Positions 24,228 to 30,443 of a stretch of 30,443 nucleotides of DNA are shown piece by piece; within the stretch, counting starts at the first letter, position 1, and each line of letters starts with the position of its first letter. The notes beneath the pieces were generated by a model. The model was not told the DNA's origin. It ran no database searches and saw only the letters and a program-made list of their open reading frames with translations. A program made the translations under genes and the position numbers. Source of the DNA: a bacterium (GTDB taxonomy: Bacteria > Bdellovibrionota_C > UBA2361 > SZUA-149 > JAEUWB01); contig JAEUWB010000033.1 in assembly GCA_016786595.1 (NCBI GenBank), positions 1-30,443 of the forward strand, read 5' to 3'.

Positions 24228-24302
24228 CTTAGGCTTGCACTTGAACTTAACCTTAACCTTGAACTAAAGAAGTTCAAGGTTAAGTATGAGTTCAAGCCTA
24301 AG
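24228..24302. mobile_element. MITE-like 75-bp element, copy B (TIR CTTAGGCTTG... / ...TTCAAGCCTAAG), with internal 13-bp perfect hairpin
   Basis: It is homologous to 18180-18253. The internal hairpin is CTTAACCTTGAAC-TAAAGAA-GTTCAAGGTTAAG. It sits between the tRNA-Ala repeat block and the 3' end of the minus-strand SPFH gene. Confidence 0.55.
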
Positions 24303-24355
24303 CCAAAGAGTCGGGATTACTCCATCACGCTATTGCCACTTTGGGGCTAAAGCTC

Positions 24356-25156
24356 CTAGCGGTCTTCAGCTCTAGACAGTGGCAACAACACATTTGCAGG
24401 AGAATTTGTACCGACAGAAACTGAAAGCGGGGCTTTCCCATCCCAACGCTGCGCAATCTCAAGATCGATTACGCGCGGAGCTTCTTTCAGTGCATCACCC
24501 TTGACTTTTACAGCCTTAGCCTCAGCTTCAGCTTGCACTAGCGTAATATCAGCTTGGCGCTTTTCTTTTTCTAATTCAAAAGACTTAGCCAAGGCTTCCT
24601 GCTCACGCACGACTTTTTGCTCAATTGCATGCTCAAGCTGGTCGGAAAGATCGATGTTAGTGATAATTAAATCTTCAATTTTTAAAACTTCGCCAATGCT
24701 GCCGTGAATTCGTTCAAGTACCTCGTTTTTGGCCTTTTCGCGGTGCTTAACCAAATCCTCTGCGCGATAAAGCGCAGCAACTTGCTTTACTCCTTCTTGT
24801 ACGCGCGGTTCAATCAAGTTACTATAGGGGTCACCACTGTAATTTTGAAAAAGCTTTACAACTTGGCTTTCTGGAATGCGGTAGAGGACCGAAAATGAAA
24901 TCGACATTTGTTGTAAATCACTGGAAAAAGACGCTGATTGGCCATCAGCTTTTAACTGCATAATCGGGTAATCACGAATTACTTGCGCAAAGGGCATTTT
25001 GAAAACTAAGCCCTCAGGCTTTTGTTCGGGACTGACCTTACCTAAGGTAATTACAATTCCACGGTGCCCAGGAGGAACGATGTGAAAACACGACATCCCG
25101 CCAATGACTAAAATAAAAATTACAATGCCAGAGAAAAGAGAACCAAGTGATTGCAT
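24356..25156 (-). CDS. SPFH/band-7 (prohibitin/HflK-like) membrane protein
   Basis: There is an N-terminal transmembrane helix (IVIFILVIGGMSCFHIV) followed by an SPFH-type domain (VPPGHRGIVITLGKV...YRIPESQVVKLFQ). The C-terminal region (EQEALAKSFELEKEKRQADITLVQAEAEAKAVKVKG) is an E/A/K-rich predicted coiled-coil. Confidence 0.8.
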   Translation of the reverse strand: MQSLGSLFSGIVIFILVIGGMSCFHIVPPGHRGIVITLGKVSPEQKPEGLVFKMPFAQVIRDYPIMQLKADGQSASFSSDLQQMSISFSVLYRIPESQVVKLFQNYSGDPYSNLIEPRVQEGVKQVAALYRAEDLVKHREKAKNEVLERIHGSIGEVLKIEDLIITNIDLSDQLEHAIEQKVVREQEALAKSFELEKEKRQADITLVQAEAEAKAVKVKGDALKEAPRVIDLEIAQRWDGKAPLSVSVGTNSPANVLLPLSRAEDR

Positions 25157-25333
25157 AGCTACTCCATTATTTTTTGATTGGCATTAAGGTAGCCTGTTGC
25201 AGGTAGAATGTCCATTCAGACTAGATTTTCTCTGCTTGACTTGCTGATGCTAGTTTTGCAAAAGCTAGAAGATTAGGGAGTTGATGGTATCAACCTGATT
25301 TGGAAAACCTCATACATCACCTAATCTTTATTA

Positions 25334-25882
25334 TCACGGTTTTCGCAGCGCACTTGTGTTGCGGATCAATTGATCCGCTTCGTAATTACTGACCGAAGCG
25401 GCCTTAAGCACCTCGCGGGCATGCCAAATCTTACCTAACGCTGATAACGCGGATGGATCAAGGGCAATTGCTCGTGCAGTGCGACTGAAGATGCTGACAA
25501 TGTTACACCAGCTTGGCGAATATGATTTAGCGATCGAAGAGGGGACGAGACATTGAGTTGCGGTGGTTAAGCGATCACTGATGTGCAGCGCTCCAGCAAC
25601 TGAATCCGTTCTGGCTAGATCGCTAGCAATCTGCAGCAAAATTCCAAGAACATTTTCTAGCCCAGCGGGCATTGCACTTGCGTCATGCAAATCACGTAGC
25701 TCTGCGATGCCTTCAAGTAGCTTGCCGTAAGCATACTGAGTGTAGGGAGTTATCTGATCAGTATGATCTCGTCTTGGCCGCTTGTCGCTGCGCCATAAAT
25801 AGTAAAAAAGCAGCCCGCAAGGCAACCAAAAGAATGCTACAACGCAAGCAAAGACAATCAAGATAATGTGAGAAGTTTCCAT
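25334..25882 (-). CDS. hypothetical membrane protein (start moved to ATG 25882; track used GTG 25891)
   Basis: One N-terminal transmembrane helix (IILIVFACVVAFFWLPCGLLFYYLW) is followed by a basic stretch RSDKRPRRDH. The ATG at 25882 has GAGGTGA 6 nt upstream. The track's GTG start would lie inside the leader hairpin with no RBS. Confidence 0.55.
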   Translation of the reverse strand: METSHIILIVFACVVAFFWLPCGLLFYYLWRSDKRPRRDHTDQITPYTQYAYGKLLEGIAELRDLHDASAMPAGLENVLGILLQIASDLARTDSVAGALHISDRLTTATQCLVPSSIAKSYSPSWCNIVSIFSRTARAIALDPSALSALGKIWHAREVLKAASVSNYEADQLIRNTSALRKP

Positions 25883-25887
25883 GGTGT

Positions 25888-25920
25888 TCACCTCGTAGCA
25901 ATCGCTTTGCTACGAGGTGA
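25888..25920 (-). promoter_or_regulatory. RBS-sequestering hairpin (14-bp perfect stem, 5-nt loop) in the leader of the 25334-25882 gene
   Basis: TCACCTCGTAGCAA (25888-25901) and TTGCTACGAGGTGA (25907-25920) are exact reverse complements. On the minus-strand mRNA the Shine-Dalgarno GAGGTGA is the 3' arm of the stem, immediately before the ATG. Confidence 0.6.
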
Positions 25921-26151
25921 CGCCTTGCTTAATTCACATTGGTGGATTTCAAGATAAATTAGAAAAACTTGTATTAAATTACCATCAACTACCCGAAGGA
26001 ATAGGAACTAACGTACTCTAGCTATCAAGTCTAACGTCGCACGATATTTTTGCAAAATATTTATTGCGTTATCCCGCTGATTTTATTGAAAAAATAAGCT
26101 AATCGATGCGTTAGCTCTACAAGATTCTCGCAAACCTGCCGATAGGTATTT

Positions 26152-28671
26152 ATGCGTAAACTCTTACTTTTTATCTGCATCTTTGCAGCATCGCCAGTTT
26201 TATCCCAAGACATCGTCTTTATTACTCAAGTTCCCTTCTATCAAGGTTTTGGTGCCGGCTTTGGAACTTTCGGCAATCACAAGGGTGGAGTCTATGAAGC
26301 CCCACGCGGAGGAGACCTTTGGATTCGCTATGCCGATGGAACGTATAAGAATTTAACGCAAACTGCAGGATACGGAAATTCCGGTTTTCAGGGTGCAAAC
26401 TCAATTGCTGTACGCGACCCTGCGGTGCACTGGTCTGGCACGAAAGTAATTTTTAGTATGGTTATTGGTGCGCCGACTCATCAATATCAAGTCCAAGATT
26501 TTTATTTTCAGATCTATGAAGTAACCGGGCTTGGAAAAAATGAAACTCCAGTAATTACCAAAGTTCCCAATCAGCCTGTGGATTTTAATAACGTGATGCC
26601 GACATACGGCACAGACGACAAAATTCTTTTTATGTCTGACCGACCACGTAACGGAGCTAGGCACCTTTATCCACAGCGTGATGAATATGAATCAAGTGAT
26701 ATCGTTTCTGGACTTTGGAGTTTAAATCCTACGACAGGAGAACTTAAGATCTTAGATCACGCACCATCGGGTGCATTTAATCCATTAGTCGATAGTTTTG
26801 GCCGTGTTATTTATTCACGTTGGGACCATCTGCAGCAAGATCAACAGGCTGATGCAGGCGGATATGGCGCATTTAATTATGCTGACGAGAGTGAAAGCGC
26901 TTCGCGGATAAATTCAATCCAAGAATTTTTTCCAGAACCGCGATCTGTTGTGCGTCAGACTGACCCGACACTTAATTTGCATACATTTAATTTCTTTTTT
27001 CCCTGGCAGATTAATGAGGACGGGACGGAACATGAAACTTTAAATCATGTTGGTCGTCACGAATTAGCAGGTTATTTTGATAGATCGTTTAATGACGATC
27101 CAAATTTAGATGAGTTTTATGATTCATCAACACGCTTTAATCAGAATCCAATGGATATTTTTCTACATTTATCTGAAGATCCATTAAACCCCGGAACATT
27201 TTTAGGAACACGCTGTCAGGAGTTTGGCACACATGCGTCCGGCCAAATCGCGAGCATTAACGGAGCACCAACCGTGCCCGCGCACCAAATGTCTGTGACT
27301 TATTTGACTCATCCAGATACAGCTTTTGCTACAGATAATCCGAGCTCAAATCACAGTGGACTATATCGCGATCCAATTCGCCTCTCGAATGGTAATTACC
27401 TGGCAGCACATACAACTGAAACAAGGCAAGATGAGAATGCTGGGTCAGGAAATTCGCCTAACTCACGTTACCAATACCGCATTCGTTATTTAGCAAAGCC
27501 GGGAGCATATTATACGTCAGCTACGGCACTAACATCAGGGATTTCTAAAACTGTCGATTGGTGGAGCCCGGATGTGCATCTGAATTATTCAGGACAGCTC
27601 TGGGAGCTTCAACCTATAGAACTACGTTCCAGAACTCGTCCGGGCATGCGTCAAGCGGCATTGCCTGCAATTGAACAAACTGTAATTGAGCGTGATTATG
27701 GGTCAGTTGAAACTTTACGCACTTTGCTACGTGAAAATAACTTGGCGCTAATTGTTTCACGCGATGTCTTGACTCGCGACAGCGCTGATAAACAACAACC
27801 ATTTAACTTAAAAATCCCAGGCACTGACCATCAAAAGTTGGGCGCTGGGGGTAAAATCTATGACGTAGAGTACATGCAGATTTTTCAAGGCGATCAAGTC
27901 CGAGGTTATGGTGGCGTTGATTCTCCACAAGCAGGGCGCCGCATCATTGCAAAACCATTGCATGACCCAGCAGCTCAAAATGTCCCTCACGATGGACCAG
28001 TTGGTTCCGTAAAATTAGGAGTTGATGGGTCGATGGCAGCACTTGTTCCTGCGCAACGTGCCCTGACTTGGCACCTTACTGATGATGCCGGAAAGGGGGT
28101 TGTGCGAGAAAGAGTATGGCTCACATTCCAGCCGGGTGAAATTCGAGTCTGCGCGAGTTGTCATGGCGTTAATAATTTAGATCAGACTGGCTCAGCTGCT
28201 CCAATAAATGAACCAATGGCGCTGAGTGAGCTCGTGCAATACATCAAAAATAACTTTACGCCAGTGCCTCCGCCTCAAGAATCAACATGGACGATGAAAA
28301 TCATTGGGCGTGACCAAAGAAATAAAAATCGTAACAATAATATCTACTCTAAAAAAGGCTTTAGCGTTTCCCTTGTTAGTGCGCCAGCTAAGGCCAGCGA
28401 ACAAGTAAATATCAGGTTAAGCATTGCCGATAAAATTTGTGGAAATTCAAAACAGGTTCAGTCGTTTCCAAATGGAACGATTAAACTTAGTGGAAAGGCA
28501 GCGAAAATTAACCGAAAAAGTATAAAGTTGAAATACGAAGCATATGTCAACCATAAACTAGCAGCATCTAAAAATGCTGAGTATAGAAACTCACGTTCGA
28601 GTCGAAAGGGCAAGCTCAGCGGAAAGGAATTTAGATCGTTATGTAAGAGTTTAATCGCAAGTCTAAAATGA
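26152..28671 (+). CDS. large secreted protein (839 aa) with a single CxxCH heme-binding motif and a basic K/N/S-rich C-terminal tail
   Basis: The signal peptide is MRKLLLFICIFAASPVLSQ. The body is long and W/Y/G/D/N-rich with recurring D/N-G and aromatic positions, plausibly beta-propeller-like. A CASCH motif occurs in VCASCHGVNNLDQTG near residue 670. The last ~150 aa are lysine/asparagine/serine-rich and low-complexity. Confidence 0.65.
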   Translation: MRKLLLFICIFAASPVLSQDIVFITQVPFYQGFGAGFGTFGNHKGGVYEAPRGGDLWIRYADGTYKNLTQTAGYGNSGFQGANSIAVRDPAVHWSGTKVIFSMVIGAPTHQYQVQDFYFQIYEVTGLGKNETPVITKVPNQPVDFNNVMPTYGTDDKILFMSDRPRNGARHLYPQRDEYESSDIVSGLWSLNPTTGELKILDHAPSGAFNPLVDSFGRVIYSRWDHLQQDQQADAGGYGAFNYADESESASRINSIQEFFPEPRSVVRQTDPTLNLHTFNFFFPWQINEDGTEHETLNHVGRHELAGYFDRSFNDDPNLDEFYDSSTRFNQNPMDIFLHLSEDPLNPGTFLGTRCQEFGTHASGQIASINGAPTVPAHQMSVTYLTHPDTAFATDNPSSNHSGLYRDPIRLSNGNYLAAHTTETRQDENAGSGNSPNSRYQYRIRYLAKPGAYYTSATALTSGISKTVDWWSPDVHLNYSGQLWELQPIELRSRTRPGMRQAALPAIEQTVIERDYGSVETLRTLLRENNLALIVSRDVLTRDSADKQQPFNLKIPGTDHQKLGAGGKIYDVEYMQIFQGDQVRGYGGVDSPQAGRRIIAKPLHDPAAQNVPHDGPVGSVKLGVDGSMAALVPAQRALTWHLTDDAGKGVVRERVWLTFQPGEIRVCASCHGVNNLDQTGSAAPINEPMALSELVQYIKNNFTPVPPPQESTWTMKIIGRDQRNKNRNNNIYSKKGFSVSLVSAPAKASEQVNIRLSIADKICGNSKQVQSFPNGTIKLSGKAAKINRKSIKLKYEAYVNHKLAASKNAEYRNSRSSRKGKLSGKEFRSLCKSLIASLK

Positions 28672-28920
28672 CATAATAGTTGTAGGGATTTTTTGCTAGA
28701 TTCTATTTATTCAAGCTAGGGGGAACAACTAGTTGATACTACAAGGCTAAAAATTTTTACAATTAGGACTAAAGCTATTTAGTTTAAGTTGACGATGTAT
28801 CGTTACTATCTTAACAATTGATTTGCGGGTAGTTTTTATCTAACTAAGTTCGTCATAAATGCGAATTGTCTGGAATTTAGTAGATTTAAAGTTTTTGGAT
28901 TACTGGTTCAGAGCTATTTT

Positions 28921-30443
<1,523 letters not shown>

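Overview
This looks like bacterial chromosomal DNA of roughly 45-48% GC, mostly housekeeping genes on both strands. It opens with the conserved proteostasis cluster: trigger factor (tig, 5'-truncated by the window edge), clpP, clpX and lon. After lon comes an unusual tRNA locus containing tRNA-Val and tRNA-Asp. The tRNA-Val gene is preceded by tandem 113-bp structured repeats that re-copy its first 11 nt. The tRNA-Asp gene has an upstream paralogue whose tRNA segments are all present but split by five short, perfectly paired hairpin insertions. Inverted and direct tRNA 3'-end fragments follow tRNA-Asp. Downstream are poorly characterised genes, then an HTH protein gene in an apparent operon with two secreted proteins that have S/G/D-rich linkers, and the HTH gene carries a palindromic operator at its promoter. 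Further genes are a long-form ispH, a PurL paralogue whose N-terminal active-site motifs look degenerate, dnaK, and a 57-aa Cys-rich lipopeptide ORF missing from the ORF track. Then come a Hanks-type Ser/Thr kinase, tRNA-Arg, an orphan nuoA, nadK, recN, an M23 peptidase, tRNA-Ala, an SPFH/prohibitin protein, and an 839-aa secreted protein with a single CxxCH motif. At the 3' edge is a signal-peptide-bearing collagen-like (Gly-Ala/Thr-Thr)n protein that runs off the window; the ORF track missed it because it has no stop. Non-coding highlights are the hairpin-riddled tRNA-Asp paralogue, two RBS-sequestering perfect hairpins directly upstream of small membrane-protein genes, and a MITE-like ~75-bp element at two sites. 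Others are two ~120-bp multi-hairpin direct repeats after tRNA-Ala, a ~132-bp nested palindrome between clpX and lon, and a 24-nt motif shared by the dnaK leader and the nuoA-nadK spacer (the latter inside a 46-nt palindrome). There is no CRISPR array, integrase, transposase or recognisable defence system. Every function here is assigned from motif-level reading only and would need a homology search to confirm.
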